A stretch of DNA of 64,000 bases, taken from the NCBI GenBank assembly GCA_965230295.1, contig OZ246001.1, positions 1,664,001 to 1,728,000 on the forward strand, in the 5' to 3' direction. The notes beneath the pieces are model-generated. The model saw only the letters and a program-made list of their open reading frames with translations. It ran no database searches and was not told the DNA's origin. The translations under genes and the position numbers were made by a program. This DNA comes from Marinicella sp. GTDB taxonomy: Bacteria; Pseudomonadota; Gammaproteobacteria; Xanthomonadales; Marinicellaceae. Positions 10,137 through 19,176 of this stretch are shown piece by piece. Every line of letters starts with the position of its first letter. Position 1 is the stretch's first letter.

Positions 10137-13097
10137 TTGAATAAACGGCAAAAAACCAAAACATTACTTCGTCAAGCCCTGGGGCTGAATTCCCAGGAAA
10201 GGACTGTTTTGCTGGAACAAATCAATGACACAGACATCCGCAGCCAAGTGGAAACACTGCTGGCAGATGAGTCCGAGTTACAAGCCTTTCTGGCTGAAAA
10301 CAACACCACCGAGCCCAAATCAACCCACATTGATGAAGACCCCATATCGCCTGGCACTTTGATCAACCGCATTCGCATCATCAAGCTGTTGGGACAGGGT
10401 GGCATGGGGTCAGTTTATTTGGGCTTCGATGAAAAGTTAGAGCGGCAAGTGGCGGTCAAATCCATCCGTTCAGTACATTTGAAAAACCCATCTACCCAAC
10501 AACGTTTTGTTCGAGAAGCGCAAATCCTGTCGAAAATCAATCACCCATCGATCTGCCAGCTGTACGACTATATGGAAACAGCCGAGGGTGATTTCCTGGT
10601 GCTGGAGTACATCAAAGGCAAACCGCTTTATCAAGTGCCCCTGAATGAAGAAGAAAAACTCAAAATACTGGCCGAACTGGCCACGGCTTTGGCCGTGGCC
10701 CATGAACATGGCATCGTTCATCGTGATCTGAAACCTGACAACATCATGATCACCGAACAAGGCCAGTTGAAGGTGTTGGATTTTGGTATTGCCCAATCGT
10801 TAACCCAACCCAAAGTAGAACGTCATGACCAGCCAACAACTGCAGACAGTGTTTTAACCCAACATGGGTCTTTGGTCGGCACCATTCGTTATATGAGTCC
10901 CGAACAAGCACAGGGAAAAAGCATCAACACCGCCAGTGATTTGTACGCTTTAGGCATCATTGCCCAAGAAGTTTTCAGCCATCAAGCGGCTTATGAAGTG
11001 ATGGAAACCGATCAATTGTTGATCGACGTACAGCAAGGGAAGCGTTTACAACCGGATGACTTGCCTGAAACGATTCAATCAGTCATCACCGACTTAACCC
11101 GGCTCGAACCCGATCAACGGCCCACTGCTACTTCAGCAGCACAACAGTTTACAAACATCTTGTTGGCGCCCAAGCGCCGAAAACAACGCAAAACCCGTTG
11201 GACCATCTCCACTGCCATGGTGATCCTGGTTGTGGTGCTGTTGTGGCAATGGCAACAATTTGGTACCCAAGCAGATCGCAACCAACGGGTCAGTGATTAT
11301 GAAAATCAAATCAACAATGTGGTGATACAAGCTGAACAAATTTATGTCTTACCGATCCATCCCGTGGCCAAAGAAATCGGGTTGCTGTTAAAACAAGGCG
11401 AGTCTTTGTATGCTGAAATTGAGGCCGATCCGGTGTTAACTGAACAAGACAAACAAAGGTTGACAGGCCTCATCATGTTGCGGGCAGAGTATTATGAACC
11501 GGCCATCCAACTGTTGACTGAAGGAGAAGGAAAAACCCAATTGTTGGCCGAAGCCTGGACCAAGCTATACATCGAAAAGGCTTCTGACTTTTCCGATCAG
11601 CATGGCTACGAACAAGCCATGCAAGACCCGGTATTACAACAAGACTACTTGCAGCCAGCCTTAAAGTACATCAACTTGGTACAACAACAATCTGCAGAGG
11701 AGGACTTGTTATTCAAAGCTTTCGCCCTGTCACAAACCGAATCGCTGGATGCTGGCTTGGTGGTGGTCAATGAGCTGTTAGAAGAAAAGCACTGGAACAA
11801 GGATGCGGTCAAACTCAAAGCCTTGATCTTGTCTGCTTCGATGCAAAATGCGCAACAAAAAGGGCAATGGGAAACCGCCAAATCATTGGCTTTGATGACG
11901 GCTGAAACCTATCAACGGTCGACCCAAATGGCACGCAGTTACCCACCTGGTTATGAAAGCCTGTGTTATACCTATTTTGGTTTAATGGCTGACGGTGTGC
12001 AACGCAGTGGCAACCAAGTCGATGAATTCGCAACCCGAGCCATTGAAGCCTGTAATCAGGCACTGGTCACTTTACCGCAAAACCGTTACCCTAAATTTTT
12101 ATTGGCCAGAATCCATATGATGAAAGCCCGCTGGGCCATTTTTCATGGCCGCGATCCCAGTGAGGCTTTGGCACAGGCCAAAGACTGGAATCAACAAGCC
12201 ACCTCATTGGAAGACCTGTTCAACAGCACCTGGAACCAGGCCTTGATTGCTGCAACCGAAGCGTCTCACCTGATGTTAACCGGACAAGATGCCATGCCGC
12301 TGTTGAATCAAACTGTGGTTTGGTTTGAACAACTGTTGAACATCGATTCAGCCTACCGACCCTATGTGGTCAGTGACTTTTTGTTTGTCTTGGGCCAACA
12401 AGCCCATGAACTGATCAGACAAGGTCAAGATCCCAGACCCGTTTTGACACGGGCACAAAACTTGTATGATGATATTATGGTGACGCCAGATTTGTTGATC
12501 AATGAACAATGGGGCTTGGTCAACAACATGGCTCAGGTGTATTTGGTTGAATTGCGTCATGAATTTGACCAAGGGCGGGACATCATGAATAAAGGTGAAC
12601 AGCTGGTGGCTTTCTTAAACCCTGCTGACAATCAGCTGATAAATGACCCGCACCAGTTGATTAATTTGGCCAACACCCTTTTGTTACTGGCTGAACACCT
12701 GCGCCGCTCACAACTGCCGTTTGATGTGCATGTTGCCAGGGCTGAACAACACATCAAACAGGCCCTAACCATCAACAACAGCAACTCCGGTATCTTGCTC
12801 AGCCAAGCCAATCTAGAGACCTTGAAAAATTACCTTGATGGCCAAGAATATCAGGCTGTCAACAGCTTGTTCGAACGGGTGATGCACCTCAGTCCAAACA
12901 ACCCCTATTACCTGCAAGCCTGGGCACAAAGCCTGCTGGTTCAAGCACAAAACGTCGCTCCAGACCGAATCAAAACGACCCTCAATCAAGCCAATAAAAC
13001 CATCCAACAAGCGTTGAACATCGACCCCCAAAACCCATCTTTTCTGATGACTCAGCAATCAATCAAAACCGAATTGTCAGCCATGGACCAAGAGTAA
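10137..13097 (+). CDS. Hanks-type Ser/Thr protein kinase with TM helix and large TPR-like extracytoplasmic region
   Basis: LGQGGMGSVY, VAVK, HRDLKPDN, DFG and GTIRYMSPEQ motifs; TM helix near aa 355-372; helical repeat C-terminus. Confidence 0.93.
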   Translation: MNKRQKTKTLLRQALGLNSQERTVLLEQINDTDIRSQVETLLADESELQAFLAENNTTEPKSTHIDEDPISPGTLINRIRIIKLLGQGGMGSVYLGFDEKLERQVAVKSIRSVHLKNPSTQQRFVREAQILSKINHPSICQLYDYMETAEGDFLVLEYIKGKPLYQVPLNEEEKLKILAELATALAVAHEHGIVHRDLKPDNIMITEQGQLKVLDFGIAQSLTQPKVERHDQPTTADSVLTQHGSLVGTIRYMSPEQAQGKSINTASDLYALGIIAQEVFSHQAAYEVMETDQLLIDVQQGKRLQPDDLPETIQSVITDLTRLEPDQRPTATSAAQQFTNILLAPKRRKQRKTRWTISTAMVILVVVLLWQWQQFGTQADRNQRVSDYENQINNVVIQAEQIYVLPIHPVAKEIGLLLKQGESLYAEIEADPVLTEQDKQRLTGLIMLRAEYYEPAIQLLTEGEGKTQLLAEAWTKLYIEKASDFSDQHGYEQAMQDPVLQQDYLQPALKYINLVQQQSAEEDLLFKAFALSQTESLDAGLVVVNELLEEKHWNKDAVKLKALILSASMQNAQQKGQWETAKSLALMTAETYQRSTQMARSYPPGYESLCYTYFGLMADGVQRSGNQVDEFATRAIEACNQALVTLPQNRYPKFLLARIHMMKARWAIFHGRDPSEALAQAKDWNQQATSLEDLFNSTWNQALIAATEASHLMLTGQDAMPLLNQTVVWFEQLLNIDSAYRPYVVSDFLFVLGQQAHELIRQGQDPRPVLTRAQNLYDDIMVTPDLLINEQWGLVNNMAQVYLVELRHEFDQGRDIMNKGEQLVAFLNPADNQLINDPHQLINLANTLLLLAEHLRRSQLPFDVHVARAEQHIKQALTINNSNSGILLSQANLETLKNYLDGQEYQAVNSLFERVMHLSPNNPYYLQAWAQSLLVQAQNVAPDRIKTTLNQANKTIQQALNIDPQNPSFLMTQQSIKTELSAMDQE

Positions 13098-13134
13098 AAC
13101 CCTGAGCCAAGGTCAAAAAACCTCATTGAGGTGT

Positions 13135-13175
13135 TTGACTTCACATCAACTTTTATATATATTACACCATATGGT
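13135..13175 (+). promoter_or_regulatory. sigma70 promoter with operator palindrome over the ArsR start codon (probably leaderless)
   Basis: TTGACT-17-TATATT ends 7 nt before ATG 13171; palindrome ACCATATGGT at 13166-13175. Confidence 0.6.
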
Positions 13176-13509
13176 ATATTATCGTGAACAACAAATTGAC
13201 GACGCTTTCTTTGCTTTGTCACACCCCATCCGACGCACCTTGTTGGACCAGTTAACAACTGGTGAACAAACCGTTGCTGATGTCTCGGAAAATCATGAAT
13301 TGTCAGCGGCACAGATGACCAAACACTTGGCCATACTCGAACGGGGAGGCTTAATTACCCGTCGAAAAATTGGCCGCAGCCACCACTTGAGGTTGCGACC
13401 TGTGGCGCTCAAAGAGATCATGAATTGGGCCAAACGATACGAACAATTCTGGCACCAACGTCTGGATGCTTTGGATGATTTTTTACACAACAACCAAGAG
13501 GACACATGA
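13171..13509 (+). CDS. ArsR/SmtB family transcriptional regulator
   Basis: DDAFFALSHPIRR, TKHLAILERGGLI and FWHQRLDALDDFL, typical of SRPBCC-associated ArsRs; start moved to ATG 13171. Confidence 0.9.
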   Translation: MVYYREQQIDDAFFALSHPIRRTLLDQLTTGEQTVADVSENHELSAAQMTKHLAILERGGLITRRKIGRSHHLRLRPVALKEIMNWAKRYEQFWHQRLDALDDFLHNNQEDT

Positions 13510-13510
13510 C

Positions 13511-13996
13511 ATGACAATCCTGGTAGAAGATGATGGCTCTGTTGCGGTCAAAATAATACGAGACTTTGCGTTTCCTGCCGAACAGGTTTTCAATGCCTGG
13601 TTGCAGCCAGAATACTTACTGCATTGGATGGGACCAACTGACGATGTGAACGTCAGTAACGTCATGACCAATCCGGTAGAGGGCGGCAGCTATCACATGC
13701 AATTCAATGGACCCGAAAAACAAACTGATTTGTTGAATGGTGTTTATAAAATCATCAATCGATTCACTCGCCTGGTCATGACCTGGACTTGGGAGCCACC
13801 CACCGAAGGTGGCGGAGAAGAAACCTTGTTGAGTTTAGATTTTCTGCCCATTGAAGGTGGGACCAGACTGACCCTGCTTCACCAAAAATTCAGCACCCAA
13901 AACTTGGCTGAGCGACATGCCTGGGGTTGGGATGAAACCCTTTTGAAATTTGAACGACAAGCACCTGCTTTTCTGAACGGAGCTCACCATGAATAA
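13511..13996 (+). CDS. SRPBCC (AHSA1/START-like) domain protein
   Basis: VFNAW...WMGP, RLVMTWTWE, GGTRLTLLH and HAWGW motifs; start at ATG 13511. Confidence 0.88.
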   Translation: MTILVEDDGSVAVKIIRDFAFPAEQVFNAWLQPEYLLHWMGPTDDVNVSNVMTNPVEGGSYHMQFNGPEKQTDLLNGVYKIINRFTRLVMTWTWEPPTEGGGEETLLSLDFLPIEGGTRLTLLHQKFSTQNLAERHAWGWDETLLKFERQAPAFLNGAHHE

Positions 13997-14423
13997 CATC
14001 TTACATAAAGTCAACATCAACACCGATGCCGAATCGTTGTACCTGGCGCTCACCCAAGCAGACCAACTCAGCCAATGGTGGAGTCACAGCCAATCGAATG
14101 AACAAGAGGGGGGCTTGTTGCAAGTGTACTTTGGCCCCAACCGCGATCACCAGGTCGACTTTCGCATCAAACAATTGGTGCCCAATCAAAAAGTGGTTTG
14201 GCAATGTGAACAAGGACCTTGGCAAAACACCGGCGAATTTGTCATGGAAGTGGTCTCTACAGAACAAGGCTGTGACTTGCTTTTTTCGCATTATGATTGG
14301 CCTGAAACAGATGACTTTTTTCGTCACTGTAACAGTAAATGGGGGTATTTCTTAACCATCAGTTTAAAGCCCTTTTTGGAATCCGGGGAAGGTGTGCCTA
14401 ACCCGCTTGACAGCAACATTTAA
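13989..14423 (+). CDS. SRPBCC domain protein
   Basis: LYLALT...LSQWWS, VVWQC, FSHYDW and CNSKWGYFL...SLK motifs. Confidence 0.88.
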   Translation: MNNILHKVNINTDAESLYLALTQADQLSQWWSHSQSNEQEGGLLQVYFGPNRDHQVDFRIKQLVPNQKVVWQCEQGPWQNTGEFVMEVVSTEQGCDLLFSHYDWPETDDFFRHCNSKWGYFLTISLKPFLESGEGVPNPLDSNI

Positions 14424-14434
14424 TCAAAGGAGAA

Positions 14435-14854
14435 ATGATGAAACTCATGATCTTTTCAATGTTTTCGTTCTTTGCCATAACCATGGCTGTGGCCTATCCT
14501 TGGCACATGGTATTATTTGAAACAACTTATCATGCAATGGGTGCATTCACCAGAGAGGCCCCCATCATGGGATTTGGCATGTTGGCGATTGTATTACAGG
14601 GGTGGGCCATTGCTTTCTTGTTTCCTTATTTTTACCAAAACAAAAATGACTCGCCTTACAAGCTGGGTATCCAGTTCAGCTTGATCATGGGTTTACTGGT
14701 ATACAGTGTGATGGTGTTTGCTACCGCGGCAAAATTCATGATCGAACCAGTGTGGCAATTCGTGGCTTATGGAACGGCTTTTCAAATCATCCAGTTTGTC
14801 AGCACCGGCGCCGCCCTGGGCTGGATTCATCGCAAGGAAATTACCAGTCGCTGA
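14435..14854 (+). CDS. 4-TM membrane protein (DUF1761-like)
   Basis: AGGAG RBS; four hydrophobic helices; last gene of the ArsR operon. Confidence 0.7.
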   Translation: MMKLMIFSMFSFFAITMAVAYPWHMVLFETTYHAMGAFTREAPIMGFGMLAIVLQGWAIAFLFPYFYQNKNDSPYKLGIQFSLIMGLLVYSVMVFATAAKFMIEPVWQFVAYGTAFQIIQFVSTGAALGWIHRKEITSR

Positions 14855-14901
14855 TTGCAAGTTGAAAGTGGAAACGGTATGGTTGTGGTTTTTGCACAAC
14901 G

Positions 14902-16128
14902 ATGACCCAACTGAACCCTCACCTGTCACACTTGGAATGCACCTTTTGCGGAGCCTCCTACCCCAAAGACCAGCTGATGAACCTATGCCCCAAAGACCAA
15001 CGGCCGGTTCAAGCAGTGTATGACACTGCAGCCATCAAAAACACCCAATGGTATCATCCTGAACGACAAGACATGTGGCGTTTTGCCGGTCTATTACCCA
15101 TTGCTTCTGGGTACCAATCTCAAGGTGAAGGGTTTACTCCATTGTTGAATTATTCGGACCATGAGTTGGCAACAAAGCATGGATTTAATTTGTTCATCAA
15201 AGACGAAGGCAAGGGACGCCCCGGGTATGGACAGAACCCCACCTTGAGCTTTAAAGACCGTGGCATGTCAGTGGTGGTTAACATGGCCCGGTTTTTTGGT
15301 TTGAAGCAGCTGGCCGTACCCACACAGGGCAATGCCGGTGACTCATTGGCCTATTACGCCAATAAAATGAACTTGGGCGCGGTGGTCATCATGCCCGATG
15401 ACACCCCGGCGCCGATCCAAGGTAACGTGGCTGCGTTGTCTTTTCACAACCCCTTGATCAAGCTCGACATGGTCAAAGGCACCATCAAAGAAGCCGGTAT
15501 GTTGATGAAAGAGAAATACTTACCGGCAGGGTTTTTTAATGTGGCGACTTTTCAGGAACCTGGCTGGCGCATTGAAGGTAAAAAAACCATGGGGCTTGAG
15601 TTGGCTGAACCCAACGCCCTTTCAGACCAATGGCAACTGCCCGATGTGATCTTGTATCCCACCGGCGGCGGTACCGGTATATTGGGTATGTGGAAAGCTT
15701 TTGATGAATTGGAAGCGCTGGGGATGATCGACAACAAGCGCCCTAAAATCATAGCGGTGCAATCGCTTGCCACACCACCTGTAAAAAATGCCATCGACCA
15801 AGGTCTGTTTGAGCCTGACCCAACCCCCGCTGGTGAAACCCTGGCGGTTGGCCTGAATGTGGCCGGTGGTGTGGGGCACTTTAAAGTGGTGGACATCATC
15901 CGCCAAAGCGGTGGTACCTCGTTGGCCATTGATGAAGCTGAAATTGCACAAAACCTCAGTGAAGTCTGGCAAAACAAACATTGGTGGATTTGTCCTGAAG
16001 GCGCGGCCTGTCTGGCTGCGATGAAACCACTGGTTGAACAGTCATTCATTCGGCCAGATGATCAAGTGGTGGTGTTCAATACCGGTTCATTTGAAAAATA
16101 CTTACCCGAAGTCAGGCACCTTTTGTGA
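14902..16128 (+). CDS. thrC: threonine synthase family PLP enzyme
   Basis: N-terminal CxxC...CP knuckle; NPTLSFKDRG (PLP lysine); EGKKT, YPTGGG and NTGS motifs. Short type, possibly a paralogue. Confidence 0.75.
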   Translation: MTQLNPHLSHLECTFCGASYPKDQLMNLCPKDQRPVQAVYDTAAIKNTQWYHPERQDMWRFAGLLPIASGYQSQGEGFTPLLNYSDHELATKHGFNLFIKDEGKGRPGYGQNPTLSFKDRGMSVVVNMARFFGLKQLAVPTQGNAGDSLAYYANKMNLGAVVIMPDDTPAPIQGNVAALSFHNPLIKLDMVKGTIKEAGMLMKEKYLPAGFFNVATFQEPGWRIEGKKTMGLELAEPNALSDQWQLPDVILYPTGGGTGILGMWKAFDELEALGMIDNKRPKIIAVQSLATPPVKNAIDQGLFEPDPTPAGETLAVGLNVAGGVGHFKVVDIIRQSGGTSLAIDEAEIAQNLSEVWQNKHWWICPEGAACLAAMKPLVEQSFIRPDDQVVVFNTGSFEKYLPEVRHLL

Positions 16129-16149
16129 ATCAGCCCTCTTATGACCTGA

Positions 16150-16450
16150 GGAAAGCTGCTGAGCAGCTTAACCCGCCGAGCCGGTTGGTGAGCATAGCGA
16201 ACCAGAGGCGAAGAGAATAGCCAATGAGCATATGGCGATTTGACGAAGTCAAGAAGCCTTATGTGAATGGCGTTATTCGTGCGTGGTAGCAAATCATGTT
16301 CGCCGTGGTCGTTTTCACTTTTGTCTGGAACAGACATGCAGTGCGAAGCAACTGCTCAGACAATAGTCTGTAAAGGTCGGTTTATTTGCGCAGCAAATAT
16401 GAAGACCTGTCAGACCATGAACCAAAATGAAGCCCCAAGAACATTCCTTC
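16150..16450 (+). repeat. highly structured non-coding element (candidate ssDNA-folding repeat/MITE or ncRNA)
   Basis: Several nested imperfect hairpins with GNA triloops and GA/GA internal loops between convergent thrC and ppc; see findings. Confidence 0.6.
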
Positions 16451-19030
16451 TTAAACCGCATTCCTTGATGCGTTGATGTTGCCATAGAGGGAGCGTGCGA
16501 CCAGTTTTTCATAGGTGTTGATGAGTTGCTGATCCGGATGGGGTTGTTGTTTCAACCGTTCAATTTTTTGTAAACAATATTGTTGGATGGTCAACAACGG
16601 CAGCACGATGGCTTCTCGTACTTGGATCGATTGTTTGCGCAAAGGCTGACTTTGTAACAGGTCTTTGACTTGTGCAATGTTTTTCAGGTGGTCTTTGGAC
16701 TGTTCAAACTCCTGATTGATGTTCAACCAAAAAGCCCCAAACTCCGGGTCGTCTTGTAAATAGGCAGTCAACGGCATGAATGATTTACAAATGGACATCA
16801 TGCTGTTGTCTAACAACGCCTTGAAATAGCCGGATTGTTGGTACAGTGTCTGCAAATCCGGTAACTGTTGTTGATCAATCAGCGTTTGGCAGGCGGTACC
16901 AACACCATAATAACCCAAGACATTTTGCTTCAGTTGACTCCAGGCACCAACAAACGGAATGGCCCTTAAGTCTTCGAACACCAAGCCATCACCTTGTGAT
17001 CTTTTGGTGGGACGGCTGCCTATGTTGGTTTTACCGTAGTATTTGAGGGTGCTGATTTTTTCTAAGTAAGGAATGAATTGGGGGTTTTGTTTGAACTGTT
17101 CATAATGGGCCAGACTTAAATCAGACAATTGTTTTAACAAGGCTTTACTGACATCGTCCCAGCCAGAATGTTGTGGTTTGATGTGGCTGGACAAACCAGC
17201 GCTTAACAGCTGTTCCAAATTGTATTGAGCAGACTGGGTGTTGCCAAAATTAGCCGATATGGTTTGTCCTTGAATGGTCAATTCGATGGCATGGTTGGCA
17301 ATGGCAGGGCTTTGCGATGCATAAAACTTATGCGTTTCACCACCACCACGTGCTGGTGGCCCACCTCGACCATCAAAGAACACCGCTTTGATACCATGTT
17401 TTTTTGACACCGCAGACAATGTTTCTTTGGCCGCTAAGATAGACCAATTGGCTGCCAAATAACCACCATCTTTGGTACCGTCTGAAAAACCCAACATGAT
17501 GGTTTGTTGGTGGTTTCGTTGTGCCAAATGCTGTTGGTACTCTTGGTTCTGGTATAAGGATGACATGATTAACGGCGCTTGCAATAAATCATCAATGGTT
17601 TCAAACAAGGGGACCACATCAACCGAAACCACTGGCTTAGACCAACCTGAAAGCTTAAAGAATGCCAACACTTCCAGTACATTCAAAGCGGATTGACAGT
17701 TACTGATGATGTAACGGTTGGCACCTTGCTCACCATTGAGTTGTTGAATTTTCTCGATCGCCAAAATGCTGTTCAATGTATCTTGTGCCACCGCTGATGA
17801 CAAAGCTGTGACATCTATGGCGTCATTGATTTGTAGCAATGCTGCCTCTTGTTGTTCAGTGGTCAGTTTGGCATAGTCACCTGACAAAGCCTGAGTATTG
17901 GTGGCCACCTCGCACATCACCTGATGATGGACCCTGGAGTCCTGACGCACATCCAAGGTGGCAAAATGTAAACCAAACGATTTAACCTGATTGATCAAAT
18001 CCTGGACTTGATCCAAGTACAAACCATGGTGGTGGCTTTGCACTTCTTGGAAAATCAATTGTAGTTGTTCGATCAAATCTGCTGTCGTCAAGGTGTTCTC
18101 TTGACTGAGATACGCCGCTTCATAAAGGGTTTTTTCTAACTTTTCTACACGCTTATCAACCCCTACAAATGTCAGTCTTTTTTTCAATTGTCGCACATCG
18201 CGGTAATAACACTTAAGGATGCTGCGATGTAATCGATCAGCCACTTTCAATGTGGTTTGGGCATCTACAAACGGGTTGCCATCACGGTCGCCTCCAGGCC
18301 AAAATCCCAACTCTATCAGTGCATGATCAGGCAGCTTGGCGTCCACAAAAACATGATTTTGTATCCGCTTCTGGATGTTCTTAACCGTGGCATAAAAGAC
18401 ATTTTCCAAATACCAAATCAAGCTGATCGCCTCATCAAAAGGACTGGGTTTTTGTTTGCTGAACAATGGTGTTTTTCCCAGCTGTTGTAACAACTGTTCA
18501 ATGGCTGGTAAATCGTTACATTTAATGGCTGCACTCAAATCTGTCATGATACCAAGTACCGGACCTGGATAAAACTGGGTTGGGTGCGCCGTTAACACCA
18601 CTCGCACCCTGAAATGAGACAGGGCTTCTTGCAATGTCGTCCCTTGATTCATGTGCTCAGCCTGGGCTGCCAAATGAGGCAGACTGCCTTGACCATCCAT
18701 GTCATGGTTGATTACATAAGCCGCTTCTTCAATGGCATCAAACAACACAATTTGTCGTTCTATGTATTGAATGAATTTAAACAAAGCAGCGATTTGATCG
18801 GCTTCTTGGTTGAGATTTTCCTGCTTGGCAAAAAAACCAGTGATGATCTCAAACGGGCTTTGTTGGTTTTGATACCCTTGCTCACAGGCATGGGTCAAAA
18901 TCGGTAACAACACACCGGTCTTGAAGACCTCATCAAATGGCAGGTTTAAAAACAGGCTGTTGTAAATCTGATATTTGCTCAGTACAGAGTTGCGGTAATT
19001 GATCAGTTGATGTTTGTCTTGCATGGGCAT
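16451..19030 (-). CDS. ppc: phosphoenolpyruvate carboxylase
   Basis: VLTAHPT, GGDRDGNP, VVPLFET, MLGFSDGTKDGG, GRGG and LRAIPF motifs; ends in RNAV. Confidence 0.95.
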   Translation of the reverse strand: MPMQDKHQLINYRNSVLSKYQIYNSLFLNLPFDEVFKTGVLLPILTHACEQGYQNQQSPFEIITGFFAKQENLNQEADQIAALFKFIQYIERQIVLFDAIEEAAYVINHDMDGQGSLPHLAAQAEHMNQGTTLQEALSHFRVRVVLTAHPTQFYPGPVLGIMTDLSAAIKCNDLPAIEQLLQQLGKTPLFSKQKPSPFDEAISLIWYLENVFYATVKNIQKRIQNHVFVDAKLPDHALIELGFWPGGDRDGNPFVDAQTTLKVADRLHRSILKCYYRDVRQLKKRLTFVGVDKRVEKLEKTLYEAAYLSQENTLTTADLIEQLQLIFQEVQSHHHGLYLDQVQDLINQVKSFGLHFATLDVRQDSRVHHQVMCEVATNTQALSGDYAKLTTEQQEAALLQINDAIDVTALSSAVAQDTLNSILAIEKIQQLNGEQGANRYIISNCQSALNVLEVLAFFKLSGWSKPVVSVDVVPLFETIDDLLQAPLIMSSLYQNQEYQQHLAQRNHQQTIMLGFSDGTKDGGYLAANWSILAAKETLSAVSKKHGIKAVFFDGRGGPPARGGGETHKFYASQSPAIANHAIELTIQGQTISANFGNTQSAQYNLEQLLSAGLSSHIKPQHSGWDDVSKALLKQLSDLSLAHYEQFKQNPQFIPYLEKISTLKYYGKTNIGSRPTKRSQGDGLVFEDLRAIPFVGAWSQLKQNVLGYYGVGTACQTLIDQQQLPDLQTLYQQSGYFKALLDNSMMSICKSFMPLTAYLQDDPEFGAFWLNINQEFEQSKDHLKNIAQVKDLLQSQPLRKQSIQVREAIVLPLLTIQQYCLQKIERLKQQPHPDQQLINTYEKLVARSLYGNINASRNAV

Positions 19031-19176
19031 TGTGTAACCTGGTTGTATAACTATTATATGACGGCTTTGCTAAGAATGCATCAAAGCGGCCTTCGTATCT
19101 GTTCTTCAGTTAATCGCCTAAGTAATTGACAAATCATGTGTTTCGATAAAAAATAATAAGAAAAACAGAGGGAATT

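Noticed and set aside
10137-14854. Kinase plus neighbours as an anti-phage defence system
   Set aside because: Receptor-like membrane kinase architecture, and no nuclease, ATPase or phosphatase partners typical of defence loci.
16150-16450. Retron msr-msd, group II intron remnant, tRNA or known riboswitch
   Set aside because: No reverse transcriptase nearby, no intron domain V or tRNA arms recognised, and it lies between two 3' ends rather than in a leader.
16062-16512. ORFs 16062-16337(-), 16267-16476(+) and 16315-16512(-) across the structured element
   Set aside because: No RBS or recognisable motif, and they overlap real genes; better explained as chance ORFs in a hairpin-rich element.
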